From positions 1 to 56,194 of the forward strand of contig JAVECL010000092.1 in assembly GCA_051942245.1 (NCBI GenBank): a stretch of 56,194 bases of DNA, written 5' to 3'. Under the pieces are notes generated by a model. The model worked only from the letters and a program-made list of their open reading frames with translations. It was not told where the DNA came from and made no database searches. The translations under genes and the position numbers were made by a program. Origin of the DNA: Trypethelium eluteriae. Taxonomy: Eukaryota. Positions 21,939 to 33,823 of this stretch are shown here, in pieces. The first letter of the stretch is position 1; every line of letters begins with the position of its first letter.

Positions 21939-21973
21939 GCACGAGGTTGCACGAGGTTGCACGAGGTTGCACG
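21939..21973. repeat. 10-bp tandem repeat (GCACGAGGTT) x3.5
   Basis: Read directly. It lies between the TATA box and the ATG of the small minus-strand gene. Confidence 0.9.
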
Positions 21974-22755
21974 CTTTATAGATGAGCGAGCCCGAGGCTG
22001 AGACGAAACAGTGCTTCAGGTAGCAATAGTAAAGCAACTATGAAGACGGGTGAGTAAGATCACTCCTCACGGTATCATATTTGGGACCAATGGAGGTAAA
22101 GTAATTAAGTCAGCGACCACGGAGCGCGTGTGGCCGTCATGGCCTTGCACCTAGATGTAGTATACCGAACCGGCGTCTGAAACCGGTGATGAGATCTGCA
22201 CCGATCCACGACAGCTGCGATAATAAGCAGCATATACACATTCCGTGGTGAGCGGTTAGTGGTTCTGCTGTATGTAGGGCGTAAGGCTGCCGGACAGGGG
22301 TTGATTGAGCGCGGTCAGAGTAAGACAACCTCCAGGGCAGAACGCGCGATTGCCGCAATCTCCATCAAAGCCCCTCCTCTGCTATAGATATGAGTCGGGT
22401 GGCATAGGTTTTTGGTCGGCCGGATACTGCGGAGATTCTCTAAAACAGTGAAGTTAGATGGGTGGCGACGCTACGATGAAGCTGTGATGTGGCGGTATGA
22501 TTCGAAAATTGAGACACTGCCTACCTGACTCATGATTTGTCAATAAAGAATCGAACGTCGTCAATTATACCTCAAATAACTCTTGAGAGTCTATGTGGCA
22601 CCATATTATTCCCTTTGTCATGTACTGAGTAGCAAATTCAACGAGGTCAGAGATCTGACACCCATGCTCGTTCCATTCTCAGATCGTATCTCCCACCATA
22701 CATTCAGCTCGCCGAGGAGTATCAGTCATTTTCATTGCCTTTCTCTAGCTGCCGA

Positions 22756-23823
22756 TCATTCGCATTCGACTTTGACCAAGGCTCCCTTCGCCTTGAGTCG
22801 ACAAAAATACAGCTCCTTTTCACTAAACATCCAGATCCCATCCTTCACAAAGCAAAAGTTCGCCGTCGTGCCACCAGTAACAATTTTCCCCACGAGCGTC
22901 CCCTGCAGATCCCAAACATGAAGTCCATCTCCACATCCAGAGTACACAAAGCCATTCCAATCGCACTTGATACCATCCGGAACGCCCGTATCGCAGAACG
23001 CAAAAACCCGGCGATTAGCAAGCATCGTGCCGGCGTCCCGCACATCATACGCGTAGATGGTCGCCGGCTTCTGGGCGTTGAATGAGAACTGATGGCCATC
23101 GCCGGGCCCGGCGTGAGCGTTGACGGCCCCAGTGTCGGTGATGTACATCTTCCGGTAGTCCGGGCTGAAGCAGAGGCCGTTGCACATTTCGAAGCCGTCG
23201 GCTACCACCCAGCATTCTTTCGTTGAGGGCCGGAAGCGATAGACCTGGGGCGGAAGCACGGGAGAGGGCCGGAAGGCCTGGGCGTAGCCATACGTTGGAT
23301 CCGTGAACCAGATGTCGCCGGTCTGGTGGTGGACGACGACATCGTTGACGGAGGAAAATTCGCGGCCGTGATAATTGTTGATGAGGGTCTCTGCCTTTTG
23401 GGTTACGGGGTCCACAAGTACAAGGCCGGACGGTGTTGTGAGATTGCCTTGTGAGCAATAGAGGATGGAATCCTTGTAGTTGCAGGCTCCGTTTGCCTGG
23501 ACGACGTTTGGGTAGTCAAGTTGCTTGATTTCGTAGCTCTCCGAATTGATCGAGTATAAATGGATGAGATCACAGCTCTGAAAATTTGCGGTAAAATAGA
23601 CACTATTAGTCCGACGAACGTAAAGTCCTGCCTCGTGCGCGAATTGATAGTCGCGTTTCTCTATTAATTGAAGCTCTGGTGACTCTCCAAGGACATGGTC
23701 GATGAAGCTCTGGTGATAAACACAGAAGGAGGGCGAGCGCCTAAATGAACGGGCATAGCTTGGATCTGTGATAGCTTTGGCTAAATCGACGCGGACGATC
23801 TGAGAAGTAGTGGTCAAGGGCAT
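22756..23823 (-). CDS. SMP-30/gluconolactonase/LRE-family beta-propeller lactonase
   Basis: Motifs AHEAG, FSSVNDVVV, IWFTDPTYG, NGLCFSPD and GVPDGIKCD. Intronless 355 aa. Confidence 0.88.
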   Translation of the reverse strand: MPLTTTSQIVRVDLAKAITDPSYARSFRRSPSFCVYHQSFIDHVLGESPELQLIEKRDYQFAHEAGLYVRRTNSVYFTANFQSCDLIHLYSINSESYEIKQLDYPNVVQANGACNYKDSILYCSQGNLTTPSGLVLVDPVTQKAETLINNYHGREFSSVNDVVVHHQTGDIWFTDPTYGYAQAFRPSPVLPPQVYRFRPSTKECWVVADGFEMCNGLCFSPDYRKMYITDTGAVNAHAGPGDGHQFSFNAQKPATIYAYDVRDAGTMLANRRVFAFCDTGVPDGIKCDWNGFVYSGCGDGLHVWDLQGTLVGKIVTGGTTANFCFVKDGIWMFSEKELYFCRLKAKGALVKVECE

Positions 23824-24325
23824 GGCTATAGTCCTATTTTCCTGCCGTCGAGTAACTGCGTAAGTAGGTAGGAAGGTCGAAACAAAGTATTCCAGTACCT
23901 GGCCGGTCTTGGCGGGGTAGTCTCATCAGCAGCGAGTCAGCGATGGCCAAGCCGGTGAAGCTTTTCCTAGTAAGTTTCTAGGATCGCTCTGACGAGATTG
24001 GAGCTAACGGGGTAGATGACATCTTTCCACGCGGGAGACTTTGTGTTTCCCGTCATAAATTACGTATTTGGGCACTTATTTGCGGTCAATTTCTTCCACC
24101 TTCGCTGCAAGTCAATCCGATTTTACTGCCGAGCCATTTTCCTGATGCCCAGACTAGCCCTTCCAACTAGCCAGCCGAGCATCTGATACCATAAGAATGA
24201 AGGCTATGGTAGAAGTTTCGGCAATAGATGCCGACGCTGTGATGTTGTTTGGGTTGCTGCCAAGCGCATAAGTACTTCTGGTTGTTCTTTCCTTGACAGG
24301 ACGGACTATCATACACACCCCGACG

Positions 24326-25946
24326 ATGGATACTTCCCCAAGATTCCTAGGCCTCAAAGGCCAGAAGCTAGTCTACGCCGTCACCTTCTGCTCTTCGATC
24401 GGCTTCCTTCTTTTTGGATATGATCTAGGATTCATGGGTGGTCTGACCACTGCGCCAGAATTTCTTGCGGTTTTTGGAAATCCAAACGCGCCTCTACTTG
24501 CTTTTCTCGTTTCCTCGTATGAAGTCGGCGCGCTCTTCGGTGCCCTTTTCCAGTTCTGGCTGGGGGATAGGTTTGGCCGGAAGCCCAATAACATTGCTGG
24601 AGCAATACTGGTCGCAGTGGGCGCAGTCTTACAGACAGCATCGTTCGGCTTGCCTCAATTTTTGATCGGCAGGCTCGTAGCTGGATTTGGCCTTGGTACG
24701 ATGACAACAGTCATTCCTGTATGGCTTACAGAATGTGCTACACCGACGTCTAGAGGAAGGATGATGGCTATGCAATTGTCCAATCTTATCATGGGCCTGA
24801 TAATTGCTAACTGGCTTGACTATGGGATGGCCTCCTACCCAGGCTCCATCCAATGGCGATTTCCTTGTGCTTTCCAGATCGTCTTTTGTATCATCACATG
24901 CATTTTTATGCCCTTTCTCCCGGAATCCCCGAGGTATCTCCTCCGTGTGGGTAATCTAGAGAAAGGGATCATGGCATTGGCAGCATTACGAGGACGTCCG
25001 AAAGACGACACCGATGTGGGGGAAGAGACGAAAGAGATTCAATACGCTCTTGCTGTCGAGGCTGAAGAAGCAGGATCTTGGAGCGATTGCTTCAGAGACG
25101 GGGGCATCCACGGCTTCTGGCGAACACTCATTGGTTTCTCAGCCAACTTCTTTCAACAAGCGAGTGGGGTCAATGTCATGTCGTCGCTTGGTCCTTATGT
25201 GTTTCAGGAATCGATTGGGATGAATCGGCATGACGCTCTCTTAGTATCTGGTGGCCTACAGGTCTGGTACTTTCTGAGCAGCCTCTTGCCATGGTATACA
25301 ACCAACAATGTTGGGAGACGAAAGCTCTTCATGATTGGCTCTGGCGGCATGGGTGTTTGCATGCTCCTTTCAGCCATTTTTGTTGGCATCGGGTCAAAGG
25401 GTCTTGGCTATGCTGCAGCAGTTGTACTTTATCTGTTCCAGTCGTTTTTCACGCTTGGCTGGCAGAGTAATATGTGGATTTGTAAGTGCTCCACAGCCAA
25501 TCGCTCTTCGAAGTATTGATCATGCGGCAGACCCTAGTGAGCTTTTGCCCTTGAAGCTCAGATTGCGAGGCGGTGCCCTGGCTGTTGTCTCTCAGTGGCT
25601 TTTCACCTTCTTGGTCGTTGAGATCACCCCGCCCATGATCACCAATATCGGATACAAATCGTACATCGTCTTTGCCGTTATCAATTTTGTCACGATTCCG
25701 TTCGTATATTTCTTCTATCCCGAAACCCTAAAGATGCCACTGGAAGCCGTAGACCTTCTCTTTGCAGATCGGAGCGGTGAGCGACCTACGATTTCGAGGG
25801 TCGTCAAAGATTCAACCAATAGGGAATTTATGGCCGAAATAGCAAGAGCTCTACAGGAACGAGCTACGCTCAGAGCTGACAATGAAGGTATCGTCGACAT
25901 GGAAAAGAAAGAAATGGACCACTCGGAATTTGGCTCAAAGATGTAG
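24326..25946 (+). CDS. MFS sugar porter family transporter
   Basis: Motifs FGYDLG, GDRFGRK, GRLVAG, PESPR, QQASG and PET. One intron 25482-25530 joins the two ORFs in frame (WIY-PSELLP). Confidence 0.92.
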
Positions 25947-26112
25947 ATAAATGTAATAGATTGGACCGTAAATCTGTCGGATCTACCATTCGACTGTGAG
26001 GTCGAAAGACACCTTTGAAAAAGAACTCTTGTGCGTGGCATTAGATGATTGCAGCCAAGGAGCGACCATTCCGCTTTCGGAGATAACATTGTCTTGAACC
26101 AGGGCATGAACA

Positions 26113-27642
26113 TCAATCTTCGGGATACCCATGGGTAACTCGAGGTGGAGGATCCGCCAGTGCTTCCAAAGTTTCTTCAGAGCTTCTGAAACTGTTATAC
26201 GAAACATGAAACCCTTCATCCGTTTCATCTCCTTGCGAAATCCATTTGACTCCCAGTGCCTTTTCAATCCTGTCGAGCTCGGTCACGTATTTCTCTAGCA
26301 AAGCATTCTTCGCCGACTCATCCCATTTCTGGACCTTTTCTGGATGATTCATCAGCCACTTTCTGCAATTCCGGGTCAAGAACGCGAAAGACATGTCTGT
26401 CTCATGCATAACGTGCCAAGCTAGCTCATGCTCGCCGGCGTACAGTAGCTGTTCGATGAACCACGCATCTCCTCTTGTTCTTGTTGTGAGCCCAGATCGT
26501 GAGCAATGTAGTGACTTTGTCTCTTTTCTTTGCTCACTGTCCCTCCACCATTCCCACTCCTTCCATAACTGATCAGTCGCTTTGCACCGCGCCAGAGCGG
26601 CCACCCAGCCATGGAAATATGCCCAATCTTCTCGTCTCAGAAAGGCGCCAAGGTGGTATGGTTGGGAAGGATCCATGCCCTCGAAGCCTAGAAGGACTTG
26701 CAGTAGATGATTTCTCTTCCAACGCCCATTGCGAATCTCTCCATGACCATTCAATCCGATACTGAACTTGGCAATGATAGAGCGGAAAACTTTTCCAGAG
26801 ATCTGGACATCTTGCTCTTGAGCTTGCTTTAGGTACCATTTCATGGCAGGCAGGGAACGGCTGCGGGCAGCGAATCGTAAGCCAAGGAGAATTAAATCAT
26901 GCCGGATAAGAAGGTTCTCTTTACGGAATCGGTGAATGATCAAGTTCAGCGTTTTCAGAACTTCTGGATCAGTAGCATGGTAACGTACGTTGTACAATGC
27001 CCTCATGATGGAAAAGTGGAGGTGGATCATTTGCGCCGCCGTCTCTCGTCTCTGCATGGCAACAGCTACGATTTGGAGAATATCCCGAGGAGTCCGACAT
27101 TTCTCAAATTGCTCGTTTATTAGGTGCCGTATGTCTCTTTGTCCTAATTGATGAAATACCCTTGATTTATATTCTTCGACATTTTCCCAAACTGGCTGGT
27201 ATGCATTGGGATATCTCGACGGTTCGTCACTCGACAATCTCCCAAGATCAACGGAGGAAGCTCTCTCCCATTTGAGTTCGGGACTTCGTAGGTGTTCGAA
27301 TCGTTGGTAAGCTCGAAAACCGCCGAGTAGACGGTCGCGCAATTCGTCGATTGGGCTGTACAGTCGAGCCTGATGGAGTGTCACATCCAAAGGGAGGACC
27401 GTTTTTGTTTCGCTCGTGTCTGCTGAAGAATCGCTGGAATTTGAGGCTGCATCGGCAAGCGGCTGATCAGTATTGGAAACTTCTCCATGCAGGATGTCTG
27501 CATGACGACTAGATTGTGTAGTCGAAATTCGTCTTCTGTAAGGGACGCGGCGAAGTGTAAGTTCTGCGACGTCTTTCGGAGTGTAGAGTCGGCCACGCCT
27601 ACCATTTAGGCAGGCATGATGGAGGAAAATGTTTCGTGTCAT
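26113..27642 (-). CDS. Uncharacterised 509-aa fungal protein, possibly mitochondrial
   Basis: Long intronless ORF with an Arg-rich N-terminus and helical composition. No family recognised. Confidence 0.7.
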   Translation of the reverse strand: MTRNIFLHHACLNGRRGRLYTPKDVAELTLRRVPYRRRISTTQSSRHADILHGEVSNTDQPLADAASNSSDSSADTSETKTVLPLDVTLHQARLYSPIDELRDRLLGGFRAYQRFEHLRSPELKWERASSVDLGRLSSDEPSRYPNAYQPVWENVEEYKSRVFHQLGQRDIRHLINEQFEKCRTPRDILQIVAVAMQRRETAAQMIHLHFSIMRALYNVRYHATDPEVLKTLNLIIHRFRKENLLIRHDLILLGLRFAARSRSLPAMKWYLKQAQEQDVQISGKVFRSIIAKFSIGLNGHGEIRNGRWKRNHLLQVLLGFEGMDPSQPYHLGAFLRREDWAYFHGWVAALARCKATDQLWKEWEWWRDSEQRKETKSLHCSRSGLTTRTRGDAWFIEQLLYAGEHELAWHVMHETDMSFAFLTRNCRKWLMNHPEKVQKWDESAKNALLEKYVTELDRIEKALGVKWISQGDETDEGFHVSYNSFRSSEETLEALADPPPRVTHGYPED

Positions 27643-27894
27643 GGTCGATAGATCTATTCAGGGCCTTCGAACGGGGCTCGGAAGTATAGCAGAAAGCATC
27701 GCGAGTCGTTCGATGCCTTAAGCTTGAAGCATTCCACGCGGGCATTCAGAACCCCCGCAAAACATTGGGGCACCACAGCCACCGACCTTCTTAGTCAAAA
27801 TTACCGTCACACTGCCTCCATTCAGCGACAACCACCACAGCATAATAAGTCAAGTGAATCTTTCATTGAAATTTTTCATCTCATTTCCTACAAC

Positions 27895-28842
27895 ATGTCG
27901 CACGTAACGAAACGCAAAGTCTCTCCGGAAGTCGATCGCACTGACGGCGAGCCAGCTAAACGGCGGTTTGCAGAGACCTCCACCGATGACTCTGAGGAAA
28001 CTCCAAACGCCGCTGAGGCTACGCCTGAGGACCCTGCCGATGACGGTTCCCGACAAGCAGATGAGCGAAGGGAGCGGTTTAAGGCGCTCAAGGCTCGGCA
28101 GAATCTGTCGCGCAAAGAGAATCACAAAGAATCCGTGGCGGAGAACCAACGCCTTCAGACCGATCCCAATTTGCTAGCCTCGCTGAACCGCAAGCACGCC
28201 ATCGCATCCCACAAGCTACTTAAAGCGGATACGGTTGATGCGGGTGAGGACTTCGAGCGCAAGCGCGCGTGGGACTGGACCGTGGAGGAATCCGAGAAGT
28301 GGGATCGGCGCATGGAAAAGAAGGAGAAGCATAGGCAGGACGTCGCATTCCAAGATTATACTCAGCATGCTCGCAAGGTCTATAAGCGGCAAATGCGAGA
28401 CTTCAAGCCGGATTTGGAAGCTTATGAGAGGGAAAAGATGGAAGCTGTGCAGCGATCCGCGCAGAGTGGGGGCTTGGAAATTGTGGAAACTGAGGATGGA
28501 GAATTGATCGCCGTGGACAAAGATGGATCATTCTACAGCACTTCTGAGAGCACGGACTTTGTCAACAACAAGCCAGGAAAGGCGGCAGTCGATCGTTTGG
28601 TGAATGACATACGAAAAGCTGAAGAGATCAGGATGAAGAAGAGGAGGGACAGGGGCAGAGGCGACGATGATGAAGATGTCACATACATCAATGAGAAGAA
28701 CAAGCAGTTCAACCAGAAGCTTGCGCGATTCTATAATAAGGTAAGGGGTTCCTACGACTCAACGGCAGTTATCCCGATGCTAACAGCAGTGCAGTATACG
28801 GCCGACATCCGCGATAGTTTTGAACGCGGCACAGCTATATGA
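27895..28842 (+). CDS. SYF2: Pre-mRNA splicing factor Syf2
   Basis: Motifs GEDFERKRAWDWTVEESEKWD and DVTYINEKNKQFNQKLARFYNK-YT..IRDSFERGTA. Intron 28741-28794. Confidence 0.92.
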   Translation: MSHVTKRKVSPEVDRTDGEPAKRRFAETSTDDSEETPNAAEATPEDPADDGSRQADERRERFKALKARQNLSRKENHKESVAENQRLQTDPNLLASLNRKHAIASHKLLKADTVDAGEDFERKRAWDWTVEESEKWDRRMEKKEKHRQDVAFQDYTQHARKVYKRQMRDFKPDLEAYEREKMEAVQRSAQSGGLEIVETEDGELIAVDKDGSFYSTSESTDFVNNKPGKAAVDRLVNDIRKAEEIRMKKRRDRGRGDDDEDVTYINEKNKQFNQKLARFYNKVRGSYDSTAVIPMLTAVQYTADIRDSFERGTAI

Positions 28843-28919
28843 GGTCAAAATTGCGAACACGATATTTTTACAGGACACAATACGGACTGAGCGGCAATGT
28901 TTAGCGCTTCGATGACCTT

Positions 28920-29966
28920 TTAGAGCATACCTCTTCGCCATGCCTTGGTGGCCAATGCCTCGATATCTGGTACATCCACGACACCTTTTACAGTCTCATC
29001 GGCAAGCGCCTCCACAACGGCCTCTCCAACCGCATCAGCTTTGATCGGTTTTACACCACCGGCCCCCATCAACCATGTCAATCGATTGCCTGTCGCCGAA
29101 TTTATCATAGAAGCTACAAAACCGCCGGCGGCGATTGGGAGTGTGAAAGAGCGTGAGGAGTCATAGAGGAAGCTAGGTCGGATGAATATATTTCGCATCC
29201 GCGGAAAATTGGTGGCGATTGCAGATTCAGCATCACGTTTCGTAGTGATGTACCGTGCTGGTAGTATAGGCGTTCCGGCTGTAGCAGATATATAGACGAA
29301 CGAGGAGACGTCTTGAGCAGCTGCTTCTTGTGCCAAAGTAATAGCTTGTTCCATTTAGCACGGCGCGGCATTGTAACGAGCAAGATGCACACCTGAATCT
29401 CGATTCATGACTTCGTAGGTTAATTGACCATCACTTTCTTTTGGTGTGAGGTCCTCATTGCCCTTACGCTCCAAGGGATTCTGTGTCCCAAATTTTGTGG
29501 AGCTGAAAGCTCTCTGCAAGCCCTTGACAATTGGCTCTTTACCCGAGAGAACTCCCTTGTAGTCTGCCTCGAGTAAGATTCCCATTGAATGAACCACAGC
29601 ATCTGCACCTTGTAGGAGTGATTGGTAGGTAGACGGTTTCAGAATATCAGCGCTTTGCCAGGAGACAGACTTTGACCACAGAGGCGCATTTGGAGATGAG
29701 GAAACCGAAGCCCACTGAGGCTCGCCTGATCGACTGAAAGGAGATTAGAGAGTCCATATGCAAGGGAAGAGCAGCCATTGTTTCCCACCTTATCGAAGTC
29801 ACGTCCCAACCCCGTGCGGTTGCAGCTTTACAGATGCGGCTTCCTTGACAGTATCTTCAGTACAGGAGCTTCCGTTTGACACTAGAACAGTGTGAATAAC
29901 GAGTTACTTACCCAGAAAGCCATTTCCTCCACAGACGACCAGCTTCTTCTTCACCACTCCAGCCAT
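28920..29966 (-). CDS. Atypical SDR / NAD(P)-binding protein, Coq11-like
   Basis: MAGVVKKKLVVCGGNGFLGSRICK Rossmann motif, ADAVVHSMGILLEADYK, YITTKRDAE. Three GT-AG introns inferred. Confidence 0.82.
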
Positions 29967-30543
29967 TTTCTCACTGGCTGCGACAGTTTCTGAGCAAGGA
30001 TTCAGATCAACGACATTCTTTACGATCAACGACATCACCGACATCACTAGCTGCGTCGGGACGAGCCGCTAGCTGCATCGCAGATCGTTGAACCCATGGC
30101 TGAGCAAGATCTCCCACAGACCCATCTTCCCCAGCCACCAGAGCCTGCTGGTACATCGGCCACCTCAGCAGGCCATTCTCGCCGCAGCTCTGGTAGATAC
30201 AATCCTGATATCTCGAGTGGGCTTGCTGGAGAAGAGTTCGAGGCCGAGGAACGTGGGAAAGAGGCGGCGGCCTCGGATGCCCCCCGTCGAACTCGAGGCC
30301 TGAAGCTCAACCTTTTCGAGGACCACGTCACCACTGGTAAGGACGAACGAAGTCTGGCTCAGGCTCCATAAAGTCACAGCTCGCTACCAGGCAAACATTT
30401 CTCTGCTTTCCCACCGCCAGCCTTATCAACCGAGCCCACAAACTTGGACCCCAGTTTTCTTCCAATACTTCTTCGCAAACACCCCAAGAGCAGCTACGTC
30501 TACTCTTAAACTCGAGAAGCCGCAGTAGCTGATATTGCTCGCC

Positions 30544-31506
30544 ATGCCAGCTCCGCAAGGTACCAAACGCGTCAAGGTATGCTATGAGGCTTCACGCTTG
30601 GATCGTGCAACATAATTAAATCCAGGATGTTAACTCAGATTTTAGTCCATCCGTGTCGCGCGTCCTTTCAGTACGTCCCAGATTCGTTTGATCCAGGGCG
30701 AGCTTCTAACCAGACTTAGTCGTCGGCTCACAAGCATGGGCTCTTGATGAATCTAATAAACCCGAAGGCACGCCGGCCGATCATTCCAAGGGGTGGAAAG
30801 TCTACGTGAAGGGAATAGAAAATGGACCCGACATCACCACCTGGTTGAAGAAAGTGCAGTTCAAGCTGCACCACACTTACGCCAACAACACTCGAAGTAG
30901 GTCAACGACAAATATCCGTCTACGGACGAAAGCGATGATCAGCTACTAACATGTGCCCCCACCACCCCAGCCGTCGAATCGCCCCCCTTCGAAATCCACG
31001 AAACCGGCTGGGGCGGCTTCCAAGTCGAAATCCGCCTCTTCTTCGTTCCCGAAGCGAACGAGAAGCCGCAATGGCGCACGCACCTGCTGCAGCTGGAGCC
31101 GTACGGCACCGACGCCGAGATCCAGGCGCAGAAGGAGAAGAACCTCGTCGTCTCCGAGATCTGCGAGATGGTCGACTTCAACGAGCCCGTCGAGCCCTTC
31201 TACGCCAAGCTCACCAGCGAGGCCCAGTGGGCGTACATGGATAAGGGGAAGGCGAAGGGCAAGAACCGGCAGGGCCAGGCGTGGGTGCCGAAGGAGGAGC
31301 GCACTGCGCAGCTGCCGGAGAGGAGCACCCCGACGAATCCGTTCAGTAAGGAGACGGAGGCCGCGATGCTGGATATGCTGAGGAAGGCGACGGATAAGGT
31401 CCATGTCATGATTGAGGAGGAGAAGCAGGCGGCGGCGGAGAGGGCCAAGGGGATTAAGTCGTTGCAGGACAGTGGAGATTGGCCACAGCCGTCGAGGAAG
31501 AGATGA
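30544..31506 (+). CDS. YAF9: YEATS-domain protein Yaf9 (NuA4/SWR1)
   Basis: Four exons: MPAPQGTKRVK / SIRVARPF / ...WKVYVKG..DITTWLKKVQFKLHHTYANN / ...PPFEIHETGWGGF..EK(P)QWRTHLLQLEPYG. Confidence 0.88.
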
Positions 31507-32552
31507 GGACTTTGGTGCGGAATTCCGAGTATTTGATACCCCTCAGGCTCATTGTCAAACGAGACATTTTTAGATTGGACTAAACAGGTTTCAATATAAC
31601 GAAACGACTCGATTTCTTGCCTCGACAACTCGATTAGGATCCGCCCTATGTTTCCTGCCACGCCTGCCTACAAGCTCGACGCCAATCCATTATGACCTTT
31701 CGATTCAATTGGGTATGATCATGTTTATTGCTAACAAACCTGAGCGACTGACGGGATCAAAGGCTTCATAGCGAGGTTTTTAACAAGTGGGTCACCTCAA
31801 TTCATCTTGTCACGAGAACATCCTCAGATGACGATTTACTGAGACTGCGTCTGACACGACACTTTCATAAGGGGACACATCAGATTCATTCAAGGAACCG
31901 TCTCAGAACTAGAAACATGGATTTTATCACTGCTCTTTATGGGCGCGGCGCTTCCAGCCCAAATTCCACCTGCCCCCAATATCACCGAGCCTTTCCTATC
32001 GCAGCCGGCTACTCCCTCCAGAAAGAACCTTCTCGATCCTCTAGAGCTTTTCCTCCAGGGCACTCGTGAAGCCGTTAGCCAATTCCGAAGCTATCTACAG
32101 AGATTGGAACTGCAACGAAAGGTCAAACTTATGGACTCCAAACAGAGCGGTCATCCGGAATGCACACCGTGATACGCGTACGAAAAGTCCGTATCATCCA
32201 GTTCACCTTCAAGTGATACGTTCCGATGAAAGCCGAGACCTGCGATGATACTCGATTCGACCAATGCCCCACCCATGGATTCACTGTGCGGTAGAGTTCT
32301 GGATGCACTTTAATCTATCAAGTCTGCAATCGAATGCCTCCGAGTTCTGCAGCACCGCCGGTTTTACTGATTTGCCGGCCGCAGCTCAGACGAAATACCC
32401 TCAGGAGTTCTGTTTCCTTGTTTCAAGCCACTCCCTTGCATCCTGACTGCTTTCCTTCCGTATTCAGCCACGTAGACTTTGTCGAAGAATCTAACATCGT
32501 CTTTTTTGTTTGTGTCCTGTCTTTTGCTTTTCTTTTTAAATTTGGGGAATCG

Positions 32553-33823
32553 CTAGACGTCATCGTGTTCCGATATCTCTATTGAGTGCTTCATCTGAGT
32601 AGTCTTCAAGCTCTCCGTCTTAGACGGACTTTGCCGCAGGTCTAATTTCTCTTCCTTGGCTATTTCAGGGTAACTAGAATACTGGTGGAGTTCGAGATGT
32701 TCGTTTGACACCGTCGACCTGGGCGTACCCATCCTATTCCTAGGGCCTATATGTTTCGTCATAGAATTGAGAGGGTTGTTCATGTTTAATGTCCCGGCCC
32801 TCCGCTTATTCAGTGTAATGTCACTCGGGCGCCCTTCTGGATGTCCTCGGAAGTAATAATATAGACGTGGGAGGGAAGGAAAACAGCCAACAATGACAAC
32901 GATGACCATTTCGCAGATTCTATGAGTCTCGTTTTAGACTCTTTCGTTGTACTGTGGACGAGTGCAAGAAGATGACTTACACCAATACAAATAATTTAGT
33001 GCTAATCCAGGTGAAATCTGGTTGCTCCAGAACGACAGCGCGGAGATAAATGCCGACAATTGCAATGGCACACGCACTTCAACAGTCAGATATGCACATT
33101 TCGAGGAGTGTATACATACATTGATCCGACACTAAACACCGCGTATGCTACCAGCTTCCTTCTCATCGGCTTCTTGAGATGCCAGATCATCCATATAGGA
33201 AGCAGTAAAGCCCCAAACTCCGAGATTGCGTTCAGGATTCCCCCGGTATATCGAGAGTTAGCGACGCTGATGCATTTACCTTCTACGTCGGAATTCCAAA
33301 TCTTTTCTCGAGGCCAACACTGGAAAAGGTGAGAGAACCATACGAAGTTGTACATGATGAAGTTGCAGACGATCGAAGTCACCACAGCCCAGTATGCCAG
33401 ATCTTTTTGAACAGTTGTGAAGATGCGTTTGATTTGAAATAGTACTGACAGCTTGGCAGCCAGCATTGTTGGCGGATACACGCAGAAAAGCACATTGGTG
33501 TAATACAGCACGTTCTCGAATGTGTTCTCTGTGATATCCCACTGGTGGCGCGCTAGACCGCGATCGCCGACATAGATGAAGACGCCAGCAGAAGCAACGA
33601 CGCCTGCCGAGGCGAGATAGCTGAGCCAGTCTTCGACGTAATGTTGACGAGTGATATGAGATTTAATGAAGAAACGCGCGGACACGAAGAAGGTCATGAT
33701 AGCAAGAACGACTGTTGAGGTGGCGACCACAAGCGGCATTAAAGTTGGAGGGTCGATAAAATCGGGTTTCAGGTCTCCTGGAGCCTTGAGAGCTGGAATA
33801 AGACCTGGGTCGTCCGGATCCAT
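32553..33823 (-). CDS. PTH11-like seven-transmembrane (fungal rhodopsin-domain) integral membrane protein, no CFEM seen
   Basis: Motifs EDWL, GLARHQWD, AKLSVL, QCWPREKIWN, LLLPIWMIWHL. Two introns lead to ACAIAIVGIYLR and ICEMVIVVIVGCFP. Confidence 0.85.

Noticed and set aside
31939..32172. 77-aa plus-strand ORF downstream of YAF9
   Set aside because: No motif, splice support or family resemblance.
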